NCBI GenBank assembly: GCA_050230475.1
Contig: JBFLGF010000018.1
Coordinates: forward strand, 62,001 to 126,000
Direction: 5' to 3'
Source: Ancylonema sp.
Taxonomy: Eukaryota
Length of the DNA stretch: 64,000 nucleotides
Under the pieces are notes generated by a model that made no database searches, had not been told where the DNA came from, and saw only the letters and a list, made by a program, of their open reading frames with translations. Positions 23,084-37,186 of the stretch are shown one piece after another. A program made the position numbers and the translations under genes. Within the stretch, counting starts at the first letter, position 1. Every line of letters begins with the position of its first letter.

Positions 23084-24259
23084 CTATAAAAGCACAAGCC
23101 CTACTTGCTGAGGTTTTAGGGGTTCACTGATACGGTAGTTGTAGAGGTAATAGTGGAGATATCCATCCCCGGGACCGAACTTGAGGTCTCTAAAAATTGA
23201 AACATTCTCGTGAATATCCAGTGCATTGAAGACATCAAAATCTCTGTGCTTGGCCAGTATCAGCGCGTCGTTCATTAGGTTCTCCAGCGGAACACGTGTG
23301 GCGATGTTGTAGAAGGAGTAGGCCGCCCTGAGTGTGGAGTGGCTGGTGCTGCGGGTAACCGTGGAGGGCAGTGTGTAAAAGCTCAGAAAGTCTGTCAGCT
23401 CATGGGTCGTACCATCTTCCACGACGAATGAATCGACTACATCTTGCTGCGGCACAAGCATGTGCTCCACTTCTGCCTCTGAAAACACTGGAGCAAGCTC
23501 ATACTTCTGTAGGTAGGTCTGTAACAACTTGGTGACAGCTGGCACGTCACCTGACTCCATAGGGCGGATGCCAGGTATCTGGGGAGTTTCTGGGAGCTTG
23601 TACAGCTTCACTGTGCGGGCCATCGTCATTCTTTGCGCCAAAGAGCTGAATCCGACCTCAATCAGTTTCTTGGGGTTCAGTGACCGGTGCCAGTACTGAC
23701 AAGTGGAAATTGGGGTGGGGAGGAGAGAGCCACCTGTGTAGCTTGCCTGCCAGATGTCTTTTAGATGAACCTGTCGCGTGACCTCCTTGATAAGCACAGG
23801 TGCTAACCGCTTAGACCTCAGCTTCTTGTGCACACAAAGGAAGTTTATTTCTGCCATCCTCACAACCTTGTCTTTCACTTTCATTGTGGCCGGTACACCT
23901 GTAATGTAAGCCACTAGCTTTCCCGAGTTTTTCGCACGAACGCCTATGTGCCACTCTTTGTGATACCCGGGAGGTCTGAGAGCCCAATGGAGGAACTCTT
24001 GAGAATAGTTGAATCTAAACATGTTGGAATCATCCTCCACGTAGTTATTCGTCAGCAACGTATACACCTCCTTTACAGTTTCCTGTGAGTCCAAATTACA
24101 CATGGTCCACTCAAAACTCGCTGGCAGTGGGTCAGGTTCCGAGGGCACGTCGGACACCACATGAGAGGTATCAATAGGGCCATCTCGCAAATCGGAACCC
24201 TCAAACGATCCTACTGGCTGCGTACTCCAAAACGCATGCTTCTTCTGTTCAAGCTCCAT
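23084..24259 (-). CDS. NMT: Glycylpeptide N-tetradecanoyltransferase (N-myristoyltransferase), 391 aa, no CDS introns
   Basis: FWSTQPV, NYVEDDSNMFRFNYS, EINFLCVHKKLRSKRLAPVLIKEVT, YWHRSLNPKKL, KFGPGDG, C-terminal GLVLL. Confidence 0.97.
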   Translation of the reverse strand: MELEQKKHAFWSTQPVGSFEGSDLRDGPIDTSHVVSDVPSEPDPLPASFEWTMCNLDSQETVKEVYTLLTNNYVEDDSNMFRFNYSQEFLHWALRPPGYHKEWHIGVRAKNSGKLVAYITGVPATMKVKDKVVRMAEINFLCVHKKLRSKRLAPVLIKEVTRQVHLKDIWQASYTGGSLLPTPISTCQYWHRSLNPKKLIEVGFSSLAQRMTMARTVKLYKLPETPQIPGIRPMESGDVPAVTKLLQTYLQKYELAPVFSEAEVEHMLVPQQDVVDSFVVEDGTTHELTDFLSFYTLPSTVTRSTSHSTLRAAYSFYNIATRVPLENLMNDALILAKHRDFDVFNALDIHENVSIFRDLKFGPGDGYLHYYLYNYRISEPLKPQQVGLVLL

Positions 24260-24619
24260 GAATTCTCATGGATTCTGACGATTCTGACGATTCTGACGAT
24301 TTCCTACCGATGTTCACCTGATGTTGTTTGTGCTAGTAGATTGAGCTCTCGATATACCCGTATTGGCCAGAAATAACCGGTGATATCTGCATATAGTGGG
24401 GGTAACCCTGACATTAATTGATTTCAGTCGTAAGTTACGACTCGTAACCCTGGAATAACCCTTTTTAAACCTGATGAATTTAAATTGGATCTTTGCCGCG
24501 CGCGTCCCCGTGAGAGTCTCCCGATCCGGTACGTGCGCCGCATTAAGCTCGCGGTCGCGCTCGCGCGCAGCGCTTGTGCGCAATCTCGCGCCCGTTGCGC
24601 GCCCTTAGGCACCTCCCGC

Positions 24620-25095
24620 ATTAGAAATAGGTAAGTTCAAAAAATTATATCTTCAAAACGATTTGCGATATTCAAAATGTTTTTTCTGCGTATTATAGAA
24701 GAGATCACGAAGTAGATATTGGTGATTTTTTTTTAATTTGTTTCTGATCAATGTGGAGTTCAAAAAACGGAGAGACTTCGGGATGTCGGGGGGGGGGCGC
24801 CCGTAGTCGCTTTGGGGGGTGCCCGGAGTCTCTCCCTAATTATATGGGAGAGATTGCGGGCACCCCCCAAAGCGACTACGGATACCCCTCTCTGACAGCC
24901 CGAAGTCTCTCCATTTTATTAACTCAACATTGATCGGAAAAAAAATACAAATAAAATATTAATAGTTACTCCGTAGTACCCTCTGCAATTCCCATAAAAA
25001 ACATATTGAATATCGCAAATCGTTTCGAAGCTATAATATTTTGAACTTACCTATTTTTAAGGGGAAGACTACTAGGGGTCCCCGCAATCTGTCCC
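24620..25095. mobile_element. Two adjacent, oppositely oriented Mutator-like MITEs forming a long palindrome
   Basis: The copy at 24846-25095 has GGGAGAGATTGCGGG...CCCGCAATCTGTCCC ends and 9-bp flanks TAATTATAT/CAATTATTT. 24620-24836 is an inverted partial copy. Confidence 0.7.
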
Positions 25096-25246
25096 CAATT
25101 ATTTAAGTACCCGGGGGGGGGGGGGGGTAAGTTCCTACGCCCCTGGGGGTGCGGGATGCTTCCAAAATCATGAAATGTAATTGGTGAGCCGGTTGCAACG
25201 TTGCTATATTCAATTTAGGGCCTCAGACGTTGTATCGAACTCCGTA

Positions 25247-25670
25247 CAGTGGAGTCTTGATATAATGACACTATTATAGACATGGGGATTTAATGTCACT
25301 ATTTCGAATGCTAGGGCTGTCTCTGTACAGTGACATTTGATGGGGCGACAGTATGCGAATGTCACTATATCAAGAGAAAGTGAAATTTAGTTTGGTATTT
25401 TTAAGGGAGGTGGCTCATCTCACCAACACTTGCTTTAGTACCCTTTTGCTACAATAAAACCTATCTACATGACCAACGTTGGAACCATTAAAAAAACGAA
25501 ATTAGACTGGTTATTAATTTACACGTCATATTTTGGGTGAAAACCGAAATCCGGCGGAATATTTTCCATTAGATTATAGAGGTTATCATTTTTTCACAGC
25601 ATAAATTTAGACAGGTTTCGTTGTATATAGTGACATCGCAATACTAAAGTGTGGGATTTTTTGGTCACTA
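25247..25670. mobile_element. Truncated pogo-like MITE related to 20067-21546
   Basis: TA-CAGTGGAGTCTTGATATA start. Colinear blocks (TAATGTCACTAT.TCGAATGC.AGGG, ATTTAGACAGGTTTC, TTGGTCACTAT) without the 20274-20716 hAT insert. Confidence 0.65.
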
Positions 25671-26617
25671 TGCATTGCATAGTAAGGTTGAATCGGCATG
25701 TTTGGTGCGTTGAGTAGGTTGCACTAGCAACTTAGTGTTTGACTTGCACGTTTGACTAGAAGTTGTCGCCGGTTGTAGTTTCAACCGCGCCTACATGCAT
25801 TAGTGTGCAATTTATTGCAATTTGGTGTAGTGCGCCATTATGGTGAATATGAATAGTCACAAGAATTGTTCACTAGATATGACGCTAGCCACTAATCAAG
25901 CGGCTTCGGTTGTCCCTTTTGACCGGTAGAAGTCCTCAACCATCCACCGAGATACTAAAGGATACTAAAGGTTCGGGATACTAAAGGTTCCCTTGCACCC
26001 CACAAACGATAATTCATACCGACACTCTTTTACAAATCCAAGTGTTTCATCTTTGAGTAAGTGTTTGCCATTTGTCATGTGCCACTGGTAGTTTGTTTAA
26101 ACTCACGGCGGGTGAAGAATTTAAATTCGCGTAAATCTAGCTTGGGATTGGTCCAAAATGGCCGACCCAACATGAAGTGCATAAAACAAAAAAAAATATA
26201 ATGAGGCGGAAAGCGGGCGACGATATTCAAGTCTTGGCTATGGATGTTAAGGAGCGCACACAGAGTATGACTCATATTTTCCTACCGTCATTCACTCACA
26301 AGTAAATAACGATAGATAGTTTATTTGTGTGAACATGAAACGCATGACATTGTAAATAAAATGTTGTACATTTACAACAACTTTTGAATAGGACAAACTA
26401 ACCAACTAACTAATAGTGGTTGAACATGCACCGACACAACTTCTCAATCATTTTCATTACTTTCAGAACTCGTCAAAGTCATTGCGTGCATTAAATACCG
26501 CTAAATCAATGAGTATTAAATGAGTAACATTGCATTATATTGTTGAAATCATCGGCGATCTTAAAAACTAACAATTATGGGGGGGGGGGGGGGAAATCAC
26601 ATAAAAGTACAAGTTTT

Positions 26618-29600
26618 TGTTAGAATATTTTGGATAGCCATATGTTATGCTTGCTAGTCCAGTTGTGACCGGTTACTCTAACCGGGAGCAATATTCTAGA
26701 TGTGCCTGCTCGAGGTGCCTGTATGCGGGGCCGGGCAAGTTTGTGCCCGGGCACCTGACATGTTTCCGACGCTTAGAGACGTTATTTGTTTGAAGCGTCG
26801 TGTGTGGCTTGTTTAGTCGTGTCAGAAATGTCCGGCATGTGCCGTTGACATGTAGAAGAGCTGTCAGTCAATGATAGGCCGACGGTCGTCGGCACGGCAA
26901 CAATCTGTAAAGCGCATCGGGTATTACCATCCACGATGCAATCACAATAATAATTCGTTCCACACACGCAACTCCTGTCTCGTTGATCATCAGTGAAAGA
27001 GATCCTTTTGCGTACGGTTCGTTTTGTCGCCCACCTAAATATTCCGGCACGTCTAATCACTCAAAAGCTTATAGTTTTGATTTCCGAACCGTTCATGTTT
27101 GTGCTTAGATTTATGTGCCGATGTGTTCATTATGTTCGAACCGTTCATTTATGTTACCTGCAGAAAGTTGCCTTGGCATCATTGTCCAATTAAGTGTGTT
27201 GTGATACAAGGTATACAATTGCGTAATGAGGCCAATACATGGCGACTAGCAAAATGTACATAAACAACTTCACGAAGGTTTTTCGGGGAGTACGCAGCAG
27301 TCCACCCCAACATGCCAGCAGCAGCAGTTCTGCAACCGATGCCAGCAGTTCTGCAACCAATCCCAGCACCAGCAGATGCAGCAGTCCCTGAGCCAGCAGC
27401 TGCCATCGACTATCCGCACGACAACTTCCACCCACAAGCTACTGAGGTCCCTAACGCCACGATTGTGCTGTCTGACAGCCAGTCAGGGATCAACAACGCA
27501 GGAGGTGGAGATGCAGGGGAGGAGGAGGTGAGGAGGGGGTGCGAACCCAGGAGTGGGGGAGCCAGGCAGCGTAGCTGATCGGGTGATGGCTAGAAGGCGA
27601 GCCAACTTTGCCGAGTATGGGGATCTCATGTGATGTGATGGGGAGGAGTTCGATGACGCAGCTTACGCCAACTACTCAGCGACTGAGTGGGAGCCCAGCC
27701 AGTTTCTACACTGGCTTCAACGGTCCTGTGGATCCGGGCTACGCATGCGTAGCATCTAACAACAAGCAACTCCTCCGAGCCACTCACCCCTTCAACCATG
27801 CGATGAATGAGGCCAGACTGGGACCCAGTGGGACAGGGCCATTGTGGAAGAGCCTCGCTGCCCTGTGGAGACGTTCAACACCTTTGAGGTGTGTGTGCTT
27901 CCTCCAGGTAACAGGTAAAAAGGGGGTGCAGATATGTTTTTAAGGTCAAAACTATAAGCTTTTGAGTGATTAGACTTGCTGGAATAATTAGGTGGGCGAC
28001 AAAACGAACCGTACGCAAAAGGATCTCTTTCACTGATGATCAACGAGACAGGAGTTGCGTGTGTGGAACTAATTATGATTGTGATTGCATCGGGGATGGT
28101 AATACCCGATGCGCTTTACAGATTGTTGCGTGCCGACGGTCGGCACAATTGACCGTCGGCATATCATTGACTGACAGCTCTTCTACATGTCAACGGCACA
28201 TGCCGGACATTTCTGACACGACTAAACAAGCCAGTCACGACGCTTCGACCAAATAACGTCTCTAAGCGTCGGAAACATGTCAGGTGCCCGGGCACAAACT
28301 TGCCCGGCCCCGCATACAGGCACATCTAGAATATTGCTCCCGGTTAGAGTAACCGGTCACAACTGGACTAGCACGCATAACATATGGCTATCCAAAATAT
28401 TCTAACATCAAAACAACACCACAGGGGGATATTGAAAGATATAAAGTCAGACTGGTCGCACAGGGATTCTTACAGCAAGAGGGTATTGATTATAATGCAG
28501 TATTGGCACCAGTAATCGACAGTACATCTATCACCCTACTCCTCTCTATAGCCAACCAATATGACTGGGAACTGGAATAGATGGACGTAATCACAGCGTT
28601 CCTGTGGACGTCTAGAAGAAGAAGTTTACATGAAAATACCACCACGTATGTATATCAATGGGGGTGCTGAGGGAAAGGTCTTACGACTTTAGGGGGCTTT
28701 ATACGGTCTATAACAGAGTAGCCACGTGTGGCAAGAGATGTTCAGAAAATTTATGATATCTGAAGGGTTTAAACAATGCGTAATGGACACATGTATATAT
28801 ATATATATGAGGGGGGAAGCAGACAGCAGAATCATACTGGGCATACATGTAGATGATCAGGTGATCACAGGTCCTAACGCAATGGTCGTCAAAACTTTTA
28901 AAGAAGATATGGGTAAAAAGTTCAATGTCCAGGATCTGGGTCCCCTAACCCATATCCTGGGGGTGGAAGTGCAGAGGGATAGACAGAGAAGACTGCTCAC
29001 ACTGGGACACTCAGGATTCTTAAGGGGAGTGTTTGAACGCTATGGGATGCATGAGTGTAATCCAACCAAACAATGTAATCCAATCAAACTCCCACTCGCC
29101 CCTGGAACTCAATTTACACAGAATGATGAACCAACTCTTCCCCCTACCCCTCGAGGGAAAGTGGGATTTCTCATATATGCCATGAAACAAACCAGACTGG
29201 ACATCAGGTATGCACTTGGGGTACTGGCTAAACACATGGGAAATCCTGGGGTCGCACACATAAGGGCGTTACATCAACTATTCAGATATCTTAAAGGGAC
29301 TGTGAACCACGGACTGACGTTTGTGGGTAAAGACAGCTTTGAAGTAAAGGGTTACTGCGATGCATCATGGAACAGTTGTAGCATGACAGGGAAATCAGTC
29401 ACAGGATGGGTAACCACGGTTGGGGGGACAGCACTGAGTTGGAAGTCACAGAAACTGTCAACTGTTGCACAGAGCACTGCTGAGGCTGAGTATATTGCTG
29501 CCTGTTGTGTGTCTAAAGAATGCTGTTATCTAAAGTCTCTCTTGAAAGAACTCAAATTCCCACACCAAATCACAATCCACACTGATTCAACCTCAGCTCT

Positions 29601-31207
29601 CTCCATGATCCAGAATCCTGTGCAAAGACAGAAAGCAAAACATTTTAATGTGGTATATCACTGGGTACGGGGAATGCCACAGCACGGGGAGACTATTAAA
29701 ATATGTGTATCTTGCAGGCGCACATCAACCAGAAGATATGATAACCAAAGCTCTACCTCAAGTTTTACTGGACAGACACAGCAAAAGTCTAGGTTTTGGA
29801 CGGTTATACTGAACTGGGGGTGTCAGTCTTTTCTTTTATTTTTTTATTGATCGAAGGTTTCGAATGCCATGCATGTTGGCAGGGGGTGTGTTGTTATGTT
29901 TCTTTTCTCAGGCAGAAGTAATGGGGAGGGTAGTACACCAACTTCCAGCTCATCCAGCTAAGTCACACTCTTACCTTAATACCTTGAAAAGACACTTGAA
30001 AACGCTTAAGGACACTTTAAAATCAGAAAGTGTGAATCTGCTCAACTTTAAACTTGTCAGTTTGTTCTGAATTTCCGAATGTATGTTCTAATCATTGTTG
30101 CAAAACTTGTGTCAAAAGTTGGTGCTGATAGGACTGGTAATTTTGAAGTTATGCTGTTTTGAGATTTTTCTGACTGGAAAGTGTAAAGTTTCAGAATCGT
30201 GAAGTTGAAAAAGTTAAGAAATCAAAAATATTTTCATAAGTTTTTTGTTTTTGCCTAACTTGTGGTATTTGTTTGTATGTTCAGGGCTTCGGCCTGCGAC
30301 TAAGGATCTGGAGCGATCGTCTCTGGAGTTCCGATCGGCTTCCGATCGTCTTCTTCCGATCGTCTTCCGAACGGCTGCAGTTATTGATAGAAACCCCTAG
30401 CACGCTTGTATGCTAGGGAAGACTAAAACTGTTGTATATGTTATGCAATGGTTCTGCCATGATTTGGCCATGACTTGGGTACTCCTTTTGATGTCTGCAT
30501 CTATGCCAACGTTAGCATGGCATCCGAGGGGGTGGGTTAGAATATTTTGGATAGCCATATGTTATGCGTGCTAGTCCAGTTGTGACCGGTTAATCTAACC
30601 GGGAGCAATATTCTAGATGTGCCTGTATGCGGGGGCCGGGCAAGTTTGTGCCCGGGCACCTGACATGTTTCCGACGCTTAGAGACGTTATTTGGTTGAAG
30701 CGTAGTGACTGGCTTGTTTAGTCGTGTCAGAAATTTCCGGCATGTGCCGTTGACATGTAGAAGAGCTGTCAGTCAATGATAGGCCGACGGTCAAAGTGTG
30801 CCGACCGTCGGCACACAACAATCTGTAAAGCGCATCGGGTATTACCATCCCCGATGCAATCACAATAATAATTCGTTCCACACAACGCAACTCCTGTCTC
30901 GTTATCATCAGTGAAAGAATCCTTTGCGTACGGTTCGTTTGTCGCCCACCTAATTATTCCGGCACGTCTAATCACTCAAAAGCTTATAGTTTTGATTTCC
31001 GAACCGTTCATGTTTGTGCTTAGATTTATGTGCCGATGTGTTCATTATGTTCGAACCGTTCATTTATGTTACCTGCAGAAAGTTGCCTTGGCATCATTGT
31101 CCAATTAAGTGTGTTGTGATACAAGGTATACAATTGCGTAATGAGGCCAATACATGGCGACTAGCAAAATGTACATAAACAACTTCACGAAGGTTTTTCG
31201 GGGAGTA
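26618..31207 (+). mobile_element. Rearranged Ty1/Copia element: LTR-like copies at 26618-27292 (+), 27948-28407 (inverted, partial) and 30535-31207 (+)
   Basis: Near-identical ~670-bp repeats starting TGTTAGAATATTTTGG (GGTTAG in the third copy). Purine tract GAGGGGGTG precedes 30535. RT/RNaseH lies between. Confidence 0.8.
28408..29810 (+). pseudogene. Copia reverse transcriptase-RNaseH, frameshifted
   Basis: RYKVRLVAQGF, QMDVITAFL, LYGL, IHVDD, GYCDASW, STAEAEYIA. Confidence 0.92.
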
Positions 31208-32679
31208 TGAAGGTCGTACGTAGCAAAAAATTGTGCGCATATTTTTTTGGATATGGAGTAAAGAATATGGTCATGAATAACATGGATTTTTTTTTGGGTA
31301 GCCAAGACACTGTCGTAGTGTATAGGCTCGTGTCGTTATAACGCGTGCCAGGCACCGTTGTGTAGGAACGAGTGAGTATATCCGGTCTTTTAGACTTTGT
31401 GTCGTTATAACGGAGTAGAGAGTTCGAGACGCCCCAGTAGGAGTAAGGTGAATGGGAAACTTCTGCGGATCTTCTTCGGCTTGAGTATGATTGGCGCCCC
31501 CGCTCACTTGACCAATCATTGAGTTAGGGGTTCCAATAGCCATTTGAGTGAAGGACCGGGATTGAACGGCCACTAGTCAATCACCATCCGTTAGACTTTT
31601 GGTCCAGCCGCCACTCTTCGAGTGGGTTGGTGCTCCACTTTTATACGTCTAGGGTGTGACTCTTGTATTCACTTTCCGACAACATTTCCCGGACGACATA
31701 ATTCAATATCTTGTGTACGTGCAATTCGTGATTCTCTGCGCAATCTATTATTTTGTCGTAGCCGGAACACCTTTGAGCCTGCTTGTGTGCTAGTTACACT
31801 TCGCACTTTCGGCACCCAAAGCTTACCTTGCTTTGGATAGTAAGTTATAAACAATTCAGCACTTGTTGTGCCTGGGTGGATGTATTGGAATATACTTGGG
31901 ATTTATGGACTTAGGGGTGATAGTATGGGTGATGGGAATGTGTGTTTATACGTTGGGGTGATGTGGGAGGTACGATTCAAACATTATAACTTGTAGTTCG
32001 GTACAATGCGAGGCATTGCGTGTGTTGTTGTGTGTATATGGTGAACGATACGCTGCAATACGTCAACACATCAACACTTGTGACAAAGAGAGCTACATTA
32101 GTTCCGAGTTGTGAACTAAAAAAATTGAAAAACATAGAAGTTTCAACGAATATATCGCTATGTTTATACATTTCATCAAACCAAAATAATCCAAATCCTT
32201 TATGTACGTTTTCATGATTGGAAAAAGATTGCATGATTTTCACCAACAACTTTCAATATGTTATAACAAACCGACACACAAAGTAATGTCAACATGATAC
32301 AACCCCAAGCAGCATGAAATAAACATGGAATCTTTGTTTGCCTCACACCCATTTCATCATTTGCATCTACGTAATTTTACAAATTTTTGATTCTATATTT
32401 TTCTCGATTCCCATACATCGATATGTGCGGGAAAATATGTTATATACATAATATGAAGACACTCAATTTCTAAAATATATTGTATTTTTTTAGAGTGTTG
32501 TTATGGTTATATCGAGACTGCGGCAGTCAGAGGGGTCTAGCCGATGAATCGGAGGGTCCGCGGTGAGAAGGGCATGACCAATGGAGTCCATAGTATGGAC
32601 GCTGCCTCTTGCCACTGATGTGACGTCATTTAATCATGATACCCGACCAGTTTCGACGTCATATTCATGCCCTTGAGAG

Positions 32680-34903
32680 TAGCGTGGGCACCCAACCGCC
32701 AACCGCCAACCGCCAACCGCCCAACCGCAGGTTGGCCAACCGTCATTTCACAGGACCTCTGTCCAACTGCGAAACCGCCACCCTACCGCCCAACCGCCAC
32801 CCAACTGCTAACCGCCGGTTGGGGCGGTTGGCGGTTGGAGGGCGGTTGGAGCGGCTGGACGGCGGTTGGGCGTAGATAGATATTCGTGATTAGGGTGCGG
32901 TTGGGGCGTTTGTAATCTACGTGTAAGCACGTAAGGTCCAATCAGAATCAAGGTTACGAGCTTGATTCTTAGCGGTCGATGAAAATCGGGATAACCCGGG
33001 GCCTTCCGGGCACAATTGCATGTACGGACAATGCGACATACACGTGCGGAACTCATTTCCCGCACGAAAAATGTGTACGGCGTCCTCGCAGACCTGTGCA
33101 CCGACCTAACCGCAAAAATCGGACGACAGAAAGGGGGGGGATGGTCTATGGAAAGGACTGTGTCCGTCCGATCCATTTTTTTTCCCTAAAAAAGTGGACA
33201 GATTCCGTAGCGGATCTTCACCGGAATTGACGGCATCGGGGGGTGGAACTCTGTCATGACGCTAGAGTACGTTAAGAGTAAAACCTCTTTGTAATGATAT
33301 CCAGACCTCTCTAGAAAAATATCTTGTTATAAGCAACCAGATTCGACATAGCGATTTCATGATTTTGTGTGAAGTTAGAATCAGTACTACGCAAAATCCA
33401 ACAACTTTTTGTAAAACTCGAAAATGACGCGTGGCGTATTTTCCGAGTTTAATATCCAGCAGTCGTACAATTTAGACTGCGTGTCATCTTTTCAGCGCTT
33501 AGCGCAACTTTGTTATCGACAATGATATTTCTGACTTGTCCATATTATTTCGGCAATACAATCCAGCCGTAGAATACTTGATGTCTATATTTGTAGCGCC
33601 AAAATTAAATAGAACTTTCTAGAGTACAGCCTGTTGATTAACTATGTCGATTAACTCTAGTTAGTTTGACGATTTGACGATCGTAGCATAAATACATTTT
33701 TCATTGTACATATCTATTAGTTTCCGAGGTCAGATTGCGCCGTCAAAAAACTTTCAATATATTTTCTCAGAATACCTGTCAATTGTGTTATCTGAATTCT
33801 GCAACTCTTGGCTGACGCCAGTTCTTGCCATCGTCTTTGTGTATTGTCTACGATTGCTCATGCGACTATCATCGACGAACTCTGTAAGTTGACCGAAGTG
33901 ACCTTCGCAACTTCTTATCATTACTTGTGTTGTTTCGCTAAAGCTCTTACTGAGCCATCTTGTAAACTTGTTGTGTACCATCACATCTTTGTGCTGATGC
34001 TCTTACTGAGCAAGCCATATCCATATACCACGTTGTTGACGCTCTTACTCAGCCAAAACTACTTTTGTCGATCTACATCGATTTAATGACGCTCGTACCG
34101 AGCCAGTACGACAACGACGCGCAACCACTTGCTAATCTTCTAACAGAACCAACATCTCACATCCATCAATAACCATTTGTCAACGCACCGTTTGAGAGCC
34201 GAAATTTCTACTCGAAAGTTTACCTTTCGGTTGTCGACCTTAATATTCGACACCATAATATTCTGTTTACCATCAATAATCCATTCCGGACTTTCTATTG
34301 TTGATAGTAATTGTCGACTCGCCCTCGGCGTCAAGTAGTGTTCCACACATTCACGCTTGAGAAAGTGTGATAGAACTAGCGTAGTACCTAGTTCTCAACA
34401 GAGACTCAATCTACAGCCCAACTTAGTGAGAGCAGCCGAGCCACCTTAAGCACTACATGAACATCCAGAAGCAGTTGTTGAAGCAGAAGACGTAAAAGAG
34501 CCATCGACTTCAGAAGTCCGAACATACAACACTTCATCCATTCAATACTCTCCAACAACGATTCTCTACATCGATGACACCTTTGAGTTCTGCAGAAACT
34601 AATGAGCAGCCGACTCCAAACCGCACGTCAACTGTGTACTAAACGATTGTCAATCCGGCGATCCTACTATAAATTTCCGACTTATACGTTTTTAGCCGTC
34701 CAACCGTTGGCGGTTGGGCAGATGGGCGGCCATGGGCTCTTGTTTGGCGGTTGGATGGCGGTTGGGTGGCGGTTGGGCGGTTGGATAGCGATTGGATGGC
34801 GGTTGGGCGGTTGGGTGGCGGTTGGAGCGGTTGGGCGGCGGTAGGCGGTTGGCCAACCACGAACCGCCAACCGCTGTGATTCTGGCGGTTGGATCCCACC
34901 CTA
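32680..34903 (+). mobile_element. Non-autonomous hAT element, same family as 1-2194
   Basis: TIRs TAGCGTGGGCACCCAACCGCC / GGCGGTTGGATCCCACCCTA, perfect 8-bp TSD CTTGAGAG (32672-32679, 34904-34911), CCAACCG arrays. Confidence 0.9.
33252..34630 (+). mobile_element. Solo A-B (LTR-like) unit of the split-repeat family
   Basis: Starts TGTCATGACGCTAGA (cf. reverse complement from 17021: TGTCATGCCGCTAGA). Ends CCGACTCCAAACCGCACGTCA (cf. CCGACTCCATCTGGCACGTCA). Flanks are ACTC/ACTG. Confidence 0.7.
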
Positions 34904-35826
34904 CTTGAGAGGCAAGCCGCTGGCCGCGAAAATCGTGTTTCCTATGGCCCGCTGAAGCGAGCCCGTGGAGCCGAGCCCGAGCGTAGATTGGGTTTAAATC
35001 GGTTCGATCCCGCACGTCCATTTTCATTCGATCCGTTCGATTCCGAGGGCTGTGCGGACGCGCAATTTGATTGGTCCAGGAGCCTCTTGAGAAAAAGCAA
35101 TTCACTGCTGAAGAATGGGTCATTCTTCAGCCTTGAATGAGGTTTTTTTTAGAGGCAGGGAAAAGGGGCAGCGTCCATAGGAAACGCGAAAATTGAGCCG
35201 GCGATTGGTTTTCGCTCCCGGTTCCGACGGAATTCAGGATTCCGTATTCATCATTGGCAAGAGGCAGCGTCCATAGGTCATGCCTTAAAAGTGTTGCTTA
35301 ATTAGGAAAACTTGACATATGTTGTTTCCTTTATCGGCATGCAGTCGTCAAATGAACTACCGGCGGGTAATTTGGCCGATCGAAAAATGACGTCAGATTA
35401 CCCGGGGGGGCGGGGTGGGTCTTGGCCCCGCCCCGCAAATCCCGTCCCGGTTTCCGCTTCGCTTTTTTCGTGCCGTGGCGCCGCCCCGGGCGAATTTTTT
35501 TTTCGCTCAACCTATTTTAGGTTTTTCATAAAAGAACCCTACGATCACGTAGATCATGTACATCTTTTCAAAATTCAATCCGAAAATTATTCAAGATTTT
35601 ATAACACTAAGTACGCCTCCCATCTTTACCCGTGTAATATTCTTTTGTGTATCTCAATATCATTTTTTATTTTTTATTATTATAATCGCATTATACCACA
35701 CCACCCCACGGAGTCGGACTCATGGGTGACATTATACGATTTCGGACTTGTGGCGTATGGTGCACATTGTGAAAGAAGTCGGTTTTGAACAAAATCAACT
35801 ACATCTCCGCATTGCGACATTTTCTT

Positions 35827-37186
<1,360 letters not shown>

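Larger units (their letters stand above)
32571..35284. mobile_element. Harbinger/Tourist-like MITE split by a hAT insertion
   Basis: Inverted ends GGCATGACC..TATGGACGCTGCCTCTTGCCA / TGGCAAGAGGCAGCGTCCATAGGTCATGCC. Confidence 0.6.
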
